DNA of 64,000 bases. It comes from Octopus bimaculoides. Its lineage: Eukaryota. The notes below the pieces were generated by a model, which saw only the letters and a program-made list of their open reading frames with translations, had not been told where the DNA came from and made no database searches. The stretch is taken from assembly GCF_001194135.2 (NCBI RefSeq), contig NC_068987.1, positions 5,843,284 through 5,907,283 of the forward strand, read 5' to 3'. A program made the position numbers and the translations under genes. Below, one piece after another: positions 1 through 12,900 of the stretch. Each line of letters opens with the position of its first letter. Position 1 is the stretch's first letter.

Positions 1-187
1 CATGCTTTATTGAGCATTAATTCAGTTACAAAATGCAATCCACGCATTTTTAACAGATTTATTAGTTTTAGAAGCAACTAGTGATAAAAGGTGTAAATAG
101 TCTTTAGAGGGCTTTTATAATGGGCTTCTTAACAGGCCTAAGTCATTCTAATGTCGGTACATTATTATTATTATTAGTTGAATAGTA

Positions 188-390
188 AGGCGGGTGTGCT
201 AGTAGAATCGTTAGTGCGTCGAACAAAATGCTTAGCGACATCTCATCTGTCTTTCTTTCTGAGTTTAAAGTCGACTTTGCTTTTCATCCTTAAAACGAAT
301 AAGTAATGGTATCAATTCGTTCGACTAAAACCCTTCAAGTCGGTGCCCCAGCATGGCCGCAGTCTAATGTCTGCAACAAGTAAAAGAATG
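188..390 (+). mobile_element. Degraded tRNA-type SINE: family A head joined to a family B-type tail
   Basis: Head aaggcgg..tagaatcgttag..aaatgcttagcg resembles 51080ff; tail cgactaaaacccttcaagtcggtgccccagcatggccgcagtc..aacaagtaaaag resembles the 3' ends of the copies at 12388 and 26975. Confidence 0.7.
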
Positions 391-1660
391 TTATGTACCA
401 AATACAATATCAATGTTATTCCCTAAGAACGTGGGTTTTTATTTTTTATTAACAAAAAACAATAATTAAAAAAGTCTCCGCATCCTTGTCAATATAATTA
501 TCAGTTATTCATAACACAAAAATAGAAATATTTTCACAATGGATTTGATAGGATTTTTTTTTCTAGCTTTGGTTTTTCGTGATATCATCTCCTGCTCTAA
601 GTTATTATCTGCGTATCTATTCAATTATTGGAATATAAATGAATAGCATTTGTCTGTAAATTGTTAATTATAATTAATTATGAGATAATTCTGATATCAA
701 AACAGAGTCAATGATGTGAGTGATTCTATGTATAAGTTATATGAATTAATGTCTGACGAAGGCTTCAGAATGTTGGCAGCAGCAGTATTCGGTTCTAATA
801 TTAACACATATTTGTTTAAAAGTATTTAATCAAATTAAAAAATTAGTGATGGGTGAAAAGAAGGCAAACAATTGTTATTGCAAATTGGTTTTATCGCGTA
901 TATCATTTATAAATTTTTAGATGTTATTTTCTTTCTTTTCCCTTGACACAGGGCAATATCTTTTAGAAGCGTAAGATAAATAAAAATCAAGAGAAAAGTG
1001 GCATCTAAACAAGCTTTTATATTTTATAAGCATAACAAACTTGCGCCAGAGTCAATTAAATCGATTTGTGTATGTTTTTTTTCCCAGATCTCAAAGGAAC
1101 GGATTGTAAAATCAATCTAAACAGAAATGGTAATCAAAGTAAGGTCATATCAAGCTGGCTATCACGTACAGCATCATGTTTAGCCCACTAATATCCATGT
1201 AAAACCATCAATGAGTGCAACCAATGAAATGCGCATGAAGATCATGCTTAGTTAAACATCTTCTTAATATCTCTCAATTTCCATACAGTTAATAATGTTG
1301 AACGCAACACATACACACTTATATATAAACGCATACACACCACACACACACACACACACACATACACACACATACACACATACACACATATACATATGAT
1401 ATATATATATAGATATATATTTATATATATANNNNNNNNNNNNNNNNNNNNNNNNNNNNNNNNNNNNNNNNNNNNNNNNNNNNNNNNNNNNNNNNNNNNN
1501 NNNNNNNNNNNNNNNNNNNNNNNNNNNNNNNNNNNNNNNNNNNNNNNNNNNNNNNNNNNNNNNNNNNNNNNNNNNNNNNNNNNNNNNNNNNNNNNNNNNN
1601 NNNNNNNNNNNNNNNNNNNNNNNNNNNNNNNNNNNNNNNNNNNNNNNNNNNNNNNNNNNN

Positions 1661-1695
<35 letters not shown>

Positions 1696-3240
1696 TCGCC
1701 ATTGTATCTGGTTTACAAGATTCTTTATGTGAATTCGTGTGTTGAAGCAAATTTTTTTGTTTCTGGCCATGTTCCTAGAGTAGAAAAGATTATGTATCTA
1801 GGTATCTTTTTCATGGATGTTAAAGCCTTCAGACTTTCACTTGCGCATGTGTATTGTAACTGATATAAACACAACTTATGTATAGATTTAAATTTGTAAC
1901 GAGGAGTTTGCTTCTTAGCTGCATGCTTCTTAGTGTTACTCATATGGTCTCTGTAACAGTAATTGTTTAGAAAATACTTAGTTAATAATTAGGTAAAAGT
2001 AGCTACTGAACTAAATTTTGTTTCTGCTGATAAGATGATTAAGAATTGCATAAAAAATATTGGATTAATTTAATTCGCTTCACTTAGAGACGACGGAAAT
2101 TTTTATATAAATATAATGTTAACAACAGTTGATTCAGAAATCACTCGAAATACGATGTGCTTCGACAATGTTAAAACATAATCTTATTAGTTAGTTGTCA
2201 TCACATTGCGACAAGAGTTGCAATTGCTGTGACAATAGCTGGTTGAGCATAGTATCACTGTGTCATGATCTTGTCAAATATGGACAGACAGAGCAACCAA
2301 ATTTAAATTTCTGTGTAAAACTTTTGTCATATTCCATGCTATAAATTGCCAGATAAAACGAAATAGAGTTAAAAGCAGTGGCATATTGCCATCGACATAA
2401 AATTATAACTTCCAAATATGGTGGGTAAAACTGCAGAATAACACTTTGAAATGACAGATCATTAATTGGTGAGCTTCCAGATTTAAAATTGCTGTGAGAA
2501 GTGGGATATAGGCCGAAGTCATTTCTTTTCCCTTACTTCAGTAACTTACTTGTAAAATGCATGAATAATACTAATCAATGCCTTATAAATGTTGACCTCA
2601 AGTTAAAAGGAAAAAGAATAATCAATATAAAGCAATCGATAGAAAACGGTTGTAGGGTAGGAACGTTATGAAAATCTGTTTGCCGGTTTCTTTTCTCATA
2701 CAATTAATATATTCATGAAAAATGAACATCGATCATTTCATTTGTAAATATAGGACATTGTGACATTGGGCCAAGCTCGACAAGGAATATCAAACTAATA
2801 AAAGTGAGAATAAGACAAGGTCATGACTGAATCAAATCCTCAACCCGATTTAGCAAGGTGCCAAGTTTGGAAAAGTGTATGTATGTAGGTATGTATGTGT
2901 ATATATATATANNNNNNNNNNNNNNNNNNNNNNNNNNNNNNNNNNNNNNNNNNNNNNNNNNNNNNNNNNNNNNNNNNNNNNNNNNNNNNNNNNNNNNNNN
3001 NNNNNNNNNNNNNNNNNNNNNNNNNNNNNNNNNNNNNNNNNNNNNNNNNNNNNNNNNNNNNNNNNNNNNNNNNNNNNNNNNNNNNNNNNNNNNNNNNNNN
3101 NNNNNNNNNNNNNNNNNNNNNNNNNNNNNNNNNNNNNNNNNNNNNNNNNNNNNNNNNNNNNNNNNNNNNNNNNNNNNNNNNNNNNNNNNNNNNNNNNNNN
3201 NNNNNNNNNNNNNNNNNNNNNNNNNNNNNNNNNNNNNNNN

Positions 3241-3352
3241 AGGAGGAGAAGAAGAAGAAGAAGAAGAAGAAGAAGAAGAAGAAGAAGAAGAAGAAGAAGA
3301 AGAAGAAGAAGAAGAAGAAGAAGAAGAAGAAGAAGAAGAAGAAGAAGAAGAA
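3241..3352 (+). repeat. (GAA)n microsatellite, about 35 units, open into a gap
   Basis: Direct reading; source of the poly-E/K/R/F ORFs. Confidence 0.97.
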
Positions 3353-4844
3353 TGCGGGAGGAAGAAGAAGAATGCGGAAGTGGTATGATAGTAGTAGGAT
3401 GTTAAATGGTGAAGTGCCCTGAAAGTGACTTGTGGATGGTAGTAGTGACTGAATTCTTGAGGTATCTATTTTGAATGAAAGAATGTGACAGACTTCATTC
3501 AAGGGACGTAATTAAGATGTTCAAGGGACCTTATAAAAGTATGCCAATTATAACACAGTGCATGTAATTAATATTGGCCAATTTTTTTTTATTAATTTCA
3601 TTACGTAATTGTCGTCCTGCAGTTGAAACGCTGCGATAAATTGGGAAAATGTGGCACACTTTGTTTTCTTTATCTGTATGTTCTTTGAGAGAGATTTTCC
3701 TTGTGCAAAGCTGCCTTATATGCTGAAGACTGGGTCGATGACGGATTGAGAGTCCAGTTTCGCTAATAAGATGGTCTCTATAATCTTTAAATATTGGTTT
3801 CAAATTTTGGCACAAGGCCAGGATAAGTTTATTACATCGACTCCAGTGTTCAACTGGTATTTCTTTTATTACTTTTTTGCATGTCTCGGTACAAACGTAG
3901 TCCAATCGGAACGAAGCCTCAATTTTCGTTGACCAATGTCTATTCATATTTTACTAAATGTTATATTTTATGAAAAGAGGGAAAACATTTGGTGATCTTG
4001 ATAGTAATATGTTGCCATCCACTTTCTTTAGGTATTTGCGATAAAACATTTAGAGAATCTAAAATTATGTTGTTAAAGTTGAAACCGGTAGGGAAATTTA
4101 TTTACTTTATTTTTCTTATAGTCTGTATTTCATTTGGTGCAAATACTCATTTAATGATGCTATATTCCAGAATGCAGTAAATCTTTTAATGCATTTTCAT
4201 TATCTTATATATATATATATAAACATACACACACATATGTACTCTCTGCTCTTTCTCTTTTTAACTTTAAAGTAAATTTTGACTGGCTACCTGCTTGGTA
4301 ACACGGTTGTAAAGGAAAGTGTCTTGCTTTGCATACAGTGGAATAGAGCTCCGAACTAAGTTTTGGCGAAAGTAACTTATTAACGCCGCAAATATTTACT
4401 AAGAATAAACATTATTGTTTATTCATTTGAGTAGTTATCACATAAATACTTTTAAGAGGTAGTGTCGTTAGATATTTAAAGTGATTTATCTGAAAAGATA
4501 ACATATGAAAGCGAAAATGAAATCTTAGAATATAAATTAATTAACCTTTTGTTAACCTCAGTTCAAATGAGAAACGGTTGTGAAACATCATTAGCTAAAA
4601 TATACTTCATGAATATGTGGTCTATCGTAGACAAACATTCAGGCTCAATAGGAGGTATTATTCAAATTAATCCTACTATACAACCTATAGTGAAATCATA
4701 CGTGTCCACGGTCCGGCTAGTGAGTTCTTCAAAATATAAGTGGTTTACTTTTAAACATCCAGCTCCGTACTTCACATTCTTAAATGAATTCATTGAGGTA
4801 ATTACGGATAATCTTAAACTTATACATTGCATTTAGGCCTCTGA

Positions 4845-5104
4845 CGAATTCTCAGCTTGATAAGGTCGGAGCTTAACTCAATTTCCGTGGCATACAAGTG
4901 ACTGGAATTACGACACTGTCACCTGAATAGGATGCCAGTCCATTGCAGGGCTAACTTCCCGGTTATTACTGAAATTCATATACAGCTGAGTGGACTGTAG
5001 CAACGTGAAATGAAGTTTTTTGCTCGAGAAAAAATGTATCACGCACTACAGGAATCGAAACCAGGATCTTATGGTCGTGAGTGCAACACTAGGACACACG
5101 CCTT
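4845..5104 (-). mobile_element. Degraded SINE family D (tRNA head plus core) with its own tail
   Basis: cagctgagtggactgtagcaacgtgaaatgaagttttttgctc..ggaatcgaaacc..tggtcgtgagtgc is the reverse complement of the head/core at 51485ff. Confidence 0.65.
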
Positions 5105-5109
5105 CACTA

Positions 5110-5475
5110 CGTTGATTTAAAATACTTAAAGCAGTATCTCTGGGTAACATCTGGGCCCAAAACCCTCCAATTTAGTAATCTTTTAAGGTGCATAGTGACA
5201 TTTTCCTCACTGACAGTATTAGCTTCTTGTTTCGGATTTAGAGAAAACCGCCTTTGGATATAATCAATCCATTCTGTTTCAGATTATCGTTTACAGATAT
5301 TCTTCACACATGCCTCTTCAAGACCGTGCGTTTTATGCTTAAAAGTTACTAAAAATTCAGCTCTGTTGGAATTGTAATTTCCTAGGAGTATAATGTTTCA
5401 GCTTTATATTCTAAGCATCTATTCGTTGCTTCAAATGATCCACATCGATATGGAGTTCCAGATTTCTAAACCAGA
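5110..5475 (-). mobile_element. Relic of an R4/Dong-like (RLE) non-LTR retrotransposon ORF, region upstream of and entering RT
   Basis: Manual minus-strand translation gives LKQRIDA*NIKLKHYTPRKLQFQQS*IF and EWIDYIQ..TVSEENVTMHLKRLLNWRVLGPDVTQRYCFKYFKS, resembling the LKQR..KRY..R..Q.RQN.LF and NWKAPGPDG..G.W.K motifs of this clade; contains stops. Confidence 0.6.
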
Positions 5476-5842
5476 ATATTCTGCCCATCCATTAAGGACA
5501 GTCATCTCCCTGAAATTCTACCTAGCACGTAAGTGATATGAAATAACGTATCGTTATTTTTATAGACCTAACCAAGGGTAATTCGGGCTTCCATACATTG
5601 TATATATAAAGAGAAAATGCGTGTATACTTTGTAATGAATGCTTGCTGTAACCATAATGTTCTGGTTATCTGATGAGTTAGTTTTCTTTATTTGCATTGA
5701 TTTGTGAATATACAATTGTATTGTAAGATGTATGGATGCACATTAATGCAAACATTTAGACATAATTCCATTCCAAACTGAAATTAATAATACAGAAACA
5801 AAGCTGCCGTAATCTTATGGCTCCCAAGTGTTTAAATAAATA

Positions 5843-6037
5843 TATTGGCTTCGAATTTTAGTGCAAGGCCAGCAATATTTGGGGAAGGGGTAAGTCGATT
5901 ATATAGAGCCTAATCTCAAATTGGTTCTTATTTTATCATCCCCGGAGGGATGAGAGACAAAGTCGACCTCAGTGGTATTTGAATTCAGAAACAAAACACA
6001 GACGAACTGTCGCTAAGCATTTTGCCCCGATGCCAGC
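5843..6037 (-). mobile_element. Degraded SINE family A
   Basis: aagtcgacctcagtggtatttgaattcagaa..cgctaagcattttgccc matches the intact copies. Confidence 0.75.
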
Positions 6038-6085
6038 TTTGTTAAATAGATATATTCATCTATCAAACCGCCTGAAGCTTTTACA

Positions 6086-6171
<86 letters not shown>

Positions 6172-6630
6172 CATATATATATGTATACACATACATATAT
6201 ATATGTATACACATATATATATGTATGTGTATACATATATATATATGTATCTGTATNNNNNNNNNNNNNNNNNNNNNNNNNNNNNNNNNNNNNNNNNNNN
6301 NNNNNNNNNNNNNNNNNNNNNNNNNNNNNNNNTATGTATGTAAGTATGTATGTATATGTATATATATTTACATATGTATATATATGTTTGTTTGTGTGTG
6401 TATACATGTATATATTTAGTTGCGGATATATATATATTTACATATATATATATATATAAAGATAGATAGATAAATAGATATACAGAGATACACACACACA
6501 CACTCACACATATATTTAAGTATATAAATACTTGTGCGTGTGTATGTTTGTGTTTGCATATACGTGTGTGTGTGTATGTATGTGTGTGTGTGTGTCTGTG
6601 TGTGTGTGTGTGTGTGTATGATGGGTATGT
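6086..6630. repeat. Compound (TA)n/(TG)n/(TATG)n microsatellite block with gap
   Basis: Direct reading. Confidence 0.95.
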
Positions 6631-7109
6631 GTGTGTATGATGGGTATACTAAAAACGGATACGTAAATCGTAAATCTAATATTGAAACGCAGCGCCTAAA
6701 GGTGAAAAGTAAGGTGAAACATCAAATTACTTTTCTGAATAGTTGAGGTGTCCTGAAATTTTAATTTTCACTTACCATTTTATTTACTTATTTATTTACC
6801 AAGATATTCGTTGCGGTTCTAATCTGATTATTTCGCAGAAGGTACCATAAAAACAAATACATACAAAAAAATAAAATAAAATAAAAGTAAAGAAGATTAG
6901 AGTATGTTTGTTGAATTTAATTCCCATCGATGGTCGTAGAATGTAAATTATGTATGTATGTGCGTTGTGTCCTGCAGAGAAATGACAGCGGAATCGAGGA
7001 TTAAGAGTGGAAATGAATCACTTTTATAGGAGACTGTGCTGAATATTGATGCCTCATCAATAACAGCAACACAGTGTTTTTAGTGGACGCGAATGAATAC
7101 CCAGGTAGG

Positions 7110-7351
7110 AGGGATATATAAACACACACAAACACACACACAGCCACACATACATACGCACACGAACACAGACGCATGCATACATACGCGCGGGTTCACA
7201 CTCACGCGCAAACACGCTCACACGCGCGCGCACAAACATACACACCCGAACATGCATATGTGGGCGTGCGCGCGCACCCAGACACAGACACATGCGTACT
7301 CATAGACGCATACACACACGTACGCAAACATGCACAGACACACTCACTCAC

Positions 7352-7394
<43 letters not shown>

Positions 7395-7442
7395 TAAACA
7401 TATATATATATATATGTGCGTGTGCGCGTATGTGTACTCACG

Positions 7443-7508
<66 letters not shown>
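7110..7508. repeat. Compound (CA)n/(CG)n/(TA)n/(TG)n microsatellite block
   Basis: Direct reading. Confidence 0.95.
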
Positions 7509-7509
<1 letters not shown>

Positions 7510-7510
<1 letters not shown>

Positions 7511-7640
7511 CGATGAGCTTCTTTTAGTTTCCATTTATCAAATCCACTCATAAGCCTATTAGTTGATCCTAGGCTATAGTAGAAGATACTTGCCGGCAGT
7601 GTCACACTACTTAGTGCGACTGAACCTGGAATCAACCCTT
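7510..7640 (-). mobile_element. Degraded SINE family B head
   Basis: tttccatttatcaaatccactcataagc..aggctatagtagaagatacttgcc matches 31420-31520. Confidence 0.65.
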
Positions 7641-7904
7641 TATCTATTATACTGAATGCGCATACATGCTGTAGTTGCTGTGATAACATGTATTGTGATA
7701 ACATGTGATAACGTGTATTGTGGATGTGACATGTTTCGAAACAGAATATACAACGTAGAAGGACAAAAAACGACCCAGTAGCTGTTATGGAAACGTAGAG
7801 TGCAGTCACAGCAAGTCTCATGCTTAGACGAGTTTGTCGTCTCCGATATCAAGGTATACATCGTCATGATTCGTATTCGGTGTAGCATTGTAACCTTCGC
7901 ATTA

Positions 7905-8346
7905 ATATTGGCTTCACATATTGGCACAAGGCCTGCATCACGAGGGTCGATGTAAGTCTATTGCATCGACCCCCCAGTGCCCAACTGGTACTTCTTTTAT
8001 AGACTACAAAATGACGAAAGGAAAAGTCATGGCTGGTGGCATTTGATCTCAGAATGTAAAAAACGCACGAAATGCCGCGATGTATATTTCTTCCTCGGCG
8101 TGCTAACGCTTCTTATTTCTTTATTGCCCTCAAGTGGCTAAACATGGAGGGAACAAACAAGGACAGACAATGAGATTAAGTCGATTACATCGACCCGGGT
8201 GCGTAACTGGTACTTAATTTATCGATCTCGAAAGGCTGAAAGGCAAAGTCGACCTCGGCGGAATTTGAACTCAGAACGTAATGGCAGACGAAATACCGCT
8301 AAGCATTTCGCCCGGCGTGCTAACGATTCTGCCAGCTCGCTGCCTT
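7905..8346 (-). mobile_element. SINE family A dimer: near-complete monomer 8113-8346 followed by an older, 5'-truncated monomer 7905-8112
   Basis: Minus strand reads aaggcagcgagctggcagaatcgttagcacgccgggcgaaatgcttagcggtatttcg..gttctgagttcaaattcc (A-box- and B-box-like), then the tail ..caataaagaaataa, then gaagcgttagcacgcc. Confidence 0.9.
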
Positions 8347-8505
8347 CTTTCGGACTGACACTGTTCACCCGGTTACCAATATCTCTTCCCTGATCCTATT
8401 TAAACCATATCCTTCAAACAACACACTAATCATTCTTTTGCTATTCTTGCGTTCACACAATTTATGAATTCCAACGATATCTTCGAATGAAAGAACATAT
8501 ATATT

Positions 8506-9300
8506 TTTTTCGCAAGTTCTTAGATAGGTGGTTAGAATCCTTATATATGTTAACCAATTTTCCGTTTGATTTATAGTAAGGCTTAAATGTATTTTTACAT
8601 TTTTCTAAAACCCAAATTGATATCTATGAAATAACAACGGTAGGTTTAGTTTCTGCAGCCGTACGGTGAGACTATTTCAACGGATTTCATTAAGTTCCTT
8701 CTAGACTATTCACATAGTAATTTTCTATTTTCCATTTTATTTCTACATTTATTTACTTATATCCTTTTCTATGTATTTACTTGTATGTATTTTACTTAAC
8801 GTTTTTCTTTACTTTTTCCCATTATTAATCTCTTCTCTTTGTTCTGTGTATTGTTCCGAATATGTAAACATACACACACAGACATGTGTATCTATGAGTG
8901 TGTATATTTATTCGTGTGTCTGGATGGATACTACTCTATGATTAGCAGTTTATTGTTCTTACCTAGGTTATGAGTTCGGATGATGGCACCCACTTTTCTC
9001 ATCTCAGTTCAAGTTACATCTTACCAATTATGGAAAAAAAAACATTCTATTCGTAAGAGGTGGGATTTAGAGGGAAGAAAGGTTACGTCGAAAAGACATA
9101 AATTGAACCAGTAAACTTAATGAAATCCATTGAAATAGTATCACCGTACGTACGGCTGCAGAAACTAAACCTACCGTTGTTATTTCTTAGATAGTTTGTT
9201 TTTTTTAGTACAAATACATTTAAGCCTTACTATAAATCAAATGAGAAATTGGTAAACATACATAAAGATTCTAACCACCTACCTAAGAACTTGCGAAAAA
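8506..9300. repeat. Long inverted repeat, arms 8506-8696 and 9114-9300, spacer about 417 bp
   Basis: tttttcgcaagttcttagataggtggttagaatc..ggatttcattaagtt is the reverse complement of aacttaatgaaatcc..gattctaaccacctacctaagaacttgcgaaaaa, with few indels. Confidence 0.92.
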
Positions 9301-10259
9301 TGTTTTCCGATATTTGTACGCGCTTATCGATATTGTACGCAGGTGAAGCCATCTTTAGAAGTTTCTCTCAACAACGTAGCTCAAAGCTGAAGAGATATAC
9401 GTTATTTTGCTAAATCGATACATGTCAGAAAATCATGTACCAAAACACATGAAGAGAAAACAAAATTTTGCAGTAAAATAACTAAAGCAAAAAGAATTTC
9501 TTAAACTAAGAATCTCTTAAACTAGATATCACAATTCATTAAAAAGATGTCAACTTTTCTTCTCAAGCGCGCCGTTTCTCTGTTGAGTGTCCTGTTAATA
9601 AGTTGGGTTTTTATTCATTCTACTCATTCCTAGAAATCTTGCCCTTTGGAACTTATTACCATCGTCTTGTTTTCTTCTGGACTATGATATTCACTCCTTT
9701 AAGCTTTCTATCAATCGACATCTTTTGAATTTAAAGACTTCTTCTTCTTTTTCTTTGTTGTCCTTTACAGTACAGGAGTCTCAAATATTGTCTGGAACAG
9801 AATCGAATAGAAAAGGAACATCCACAGCTTTAATATCATTAAGTAGTTAGCATACAAAACTTAACTTCTTTCTTCAGAAATCACAGAGCTCAATGGCTTC
9901 TTAACATTAACAACCAGAATGAAAATCCTGCATTCGTTGCAACTGTGCTAATCCTGATAACTGCCTTCTTAAAATTTTGCTATACTTACATACGTCCCCC
10001 GTGGCTGTGTCCCCAGTATGAAGTGAGTTATATCAAAAATAAATGTTTAGAAAGATTGAACACATATTTATGTGAATGTGGATGACAGGTTGTTTAAAGA
10101 CGTGTAGGCGTGTTTTTATCCTTTTGAATAAATGCATATGTGTGTGAACATGCATATATGCAAATATTATGTGCACGAATATATACGTGTGCATATGCGA
10201 TTAAACTCATGTATCCATATGCGTGAATAAGATTATAACTTTCTTGCATTCGTATGCAT

Positions 10260-10400
<141 letters not shown>

Positions 10401-11408
10401 CTTTACACACATAGAGATTATGACCTTAATCGTGTCACCAAACGAATGTGTGTATTATCCAGGCACATCTCAATGAATGTGTCTGTGTGTATTTGTATGT
10501 GTTTGTATGAATATGTGTGCATGTGTACGCGCGTTAAAAGTGTTTCTGGGTGTCAGGGCATGTGTATTAGTTGGAAAGGCAACACATAAACACACACACA
10601 CACGCAAACACGCACACACACACATATATATATATGTACGAACGACCATAAACACACACATTCATACTTCAATACATACATGTTTGTATGATTGTGGACG
10701 TCTGTGTGCACGCATATCTGCTGACGAAGTCGAGAGGAATGCACGATGTTTTAATCCCTCCCTCTCTCTCCCCCTTCCCCCTCTCTCACTTCCCCACCTC
10801 TCTCCGTCTCTCAAACATTTCTCTGGAAGTTTTGGCTACATATTTTTTTTCCTAAAAAAAGCCCCTCCATTTCTTTCCATTTTTCCTAATTTTTCTATTT
10901 ATATTGTATAGATAATTTTACTTATATCTTCTCAACGCCAACAATTTATTTTCTTGGAAGTTTTCTTGGGAAATTTTTTATAAAATCCTTCTTACCGATA
11001 TTTCCAATACTAATCTCCGATGTCCATTCATTATGAAGCCGAAACAGTTCAACCGCCCACAGCCTCCCGATTTATCATCTTGCTCGTTCACACACTCCTA
11101 CAATACATGAGATGAAGATAACCATCAATCAAAGACAACCAAAACATAAAATTTATATTTCCTCTGCGTTCTCGAATATTCTGTATTTTCCCCAAAATTT
11201 ATTTCTTTCAAAGATTCTTTCGTGAAACTTTTCATTCTAAAAATGTTCTCTCTCTCTCTCCCTCTCCCTCTCCCCGCCCTATCTCCCTTTCTCTTTCTCT
11301 CCCTCTATGTATGTATACATATACATGTATATGTGTGTATATGTGTGTGTGTGTGCGCACGCGTAAGTATGCGTACATGTATACAACAATATATTTGTAG
11401 AGATTTAA

Positions 11409-11450
<42 letters not shown>

Positions 11451-12387
11451 ACACACACATATATATANNNNNNNNNNNNNNNNNNNNNNNNNNATATATA
11501 TAATACAGAAGGGGACAAGAACGCAAAACATCCAGACAGGCGATACAAGAAAGGGACAAAACATCCGGATAGACGATGCAAAGAAAACACGGAGAGATCA
11601 TTCGGAGTTTTCTCTCTTCAGTCGAGATCCAGATTATCCTTGCAATTTCGATATACACATATATAAAAAAAAACACATAGAGAAGTGGACGGACAAATGA
11701 AACAGACAAACAATGACAGCTAGCATAGAGACAATGTATCAAAAAGAAAAGACAGTAGAAGAAAAAAACAAATGAGACGGACATTGACAAGTTCGCTGAG
11801 TGGCAGACGAGAATATTGAACAACAGAGGATAGACCCATCATAGAGATTCACTGAACAGTTGACGAAATACAGGTTTTGAGGTGATGTTATGTGAAAATT
11901 GGTGCATAATTATTGCATTAATTTTAATCATCTAATATATTTTGAAACCTTGCGCATTCAGAATGTTAAGAAGGAGACAAAAAAAAAAACGACTTATTTA
12001 AAAGAAGAGAGGAGTGAGAGAGTGAAAAAGTGAGAAGTGGAATGAGAAAGACAGGGAGAATGTGAAAGAGTCTTCAACTGAATATATATTGAAAGTGTGT
12101 GAAAATGATTAAGTGTCGACTTTGCTGCTGATACAGCAACGGAGGGCGTATTGTATTGTAAATCTTAGAGAAAAAAGAGAAGTAAACGCAAGCGATAAAA
12201 TCACGTGATCAACACACGATATGAGAAAACAAAACACAATTTTGCTTGGTAATTATAAATTTATCGTAATTTCATTTTGACACCAAACACGTACATTATG
12301 TATTTATGAAGAAAATATTGGAGAAGTTAAAAGAAAATAGTGTTGTTTGTTAATAGGACTTTGAAGAGAGTAAATTTAGATATAACA

Positions 12388-12900
12388 AGCGCAGGAGTGG
12401 CTGTGTGGTAAGTAGCTTGCTTACCAACCACATGGTTCCGGGTTCAGTCCCTCTGCGTGGCACCTTGGGCAAGTGTCTTCTACTATAGCCTCGGGCCGAC
12501 CAAAGCCTTGTGAGTGGATTTGGTAGACGGAAACAGAAAGAAGCCCGTTGTATATATATATGTATGTATGTATANNNNNNNNNNNNNNNNNNNNNNNNNN
12601 NNNNNNNNNNNNNNNNNNNNNNNNNNNNNNNNNNNNNNNNNNNNNNNNNNNNNNNNNNNNNNNNNNNNNNNNNNNNNNNTATATATATATATATATATTT
12701 GTGTGTCGGTGTTTGTCTTCACACCATCACTTGACAACCATTGTTGGTGTGTTTACGCCCCCGTAACTTAGCGGTTTGGCAAAAAGAGACCGATAGGATA
12801 AGTACTAGGCTTACAAAGAATAAGTCCTGGGGTCAATTTATTCGACTAACTGCGGTGCTCCTGCATGGCCGCAGTCAAGTGACTGAAACAAATAAAAAAA
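12388..12900 (+). mobile_element. Full-length SINE family B with internal (TA)n/(TG)n tract and gap
   Basis: Head gcgcaggagtggctgtgtggtaag..ggttcagtccc, CORE-like accttgggcaagt, and tail ..gcatggccgcagtcaagtgactgaaacaaataaaa; many further copies in the window. Confidence 0.92.

Noticed and set aside
1088-1129. Plus-strand exon-like 42 nt (tttttttcccag|..AATG|gtaatc; LKGTDCKINLNRN)
   Set aside because: Good acceptor but moderate donor, unrecognised peptide and no partner exons; chance level.
2270-2420. EQPNLNFCVKL, resembling a mariner N-terminus (EQR.NIKFCVKL)
   Set aside because: Only one short motif amid stops; too weak to list as a feature.
9550-10030. Decayed coding-like stretch (KEHPQL..AFVATVLIL..RPPWLCPQ) next to the inverted repeat
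   Set aside because: Probably a retroelement relic, but no diagnostic motif could be identified without a search.
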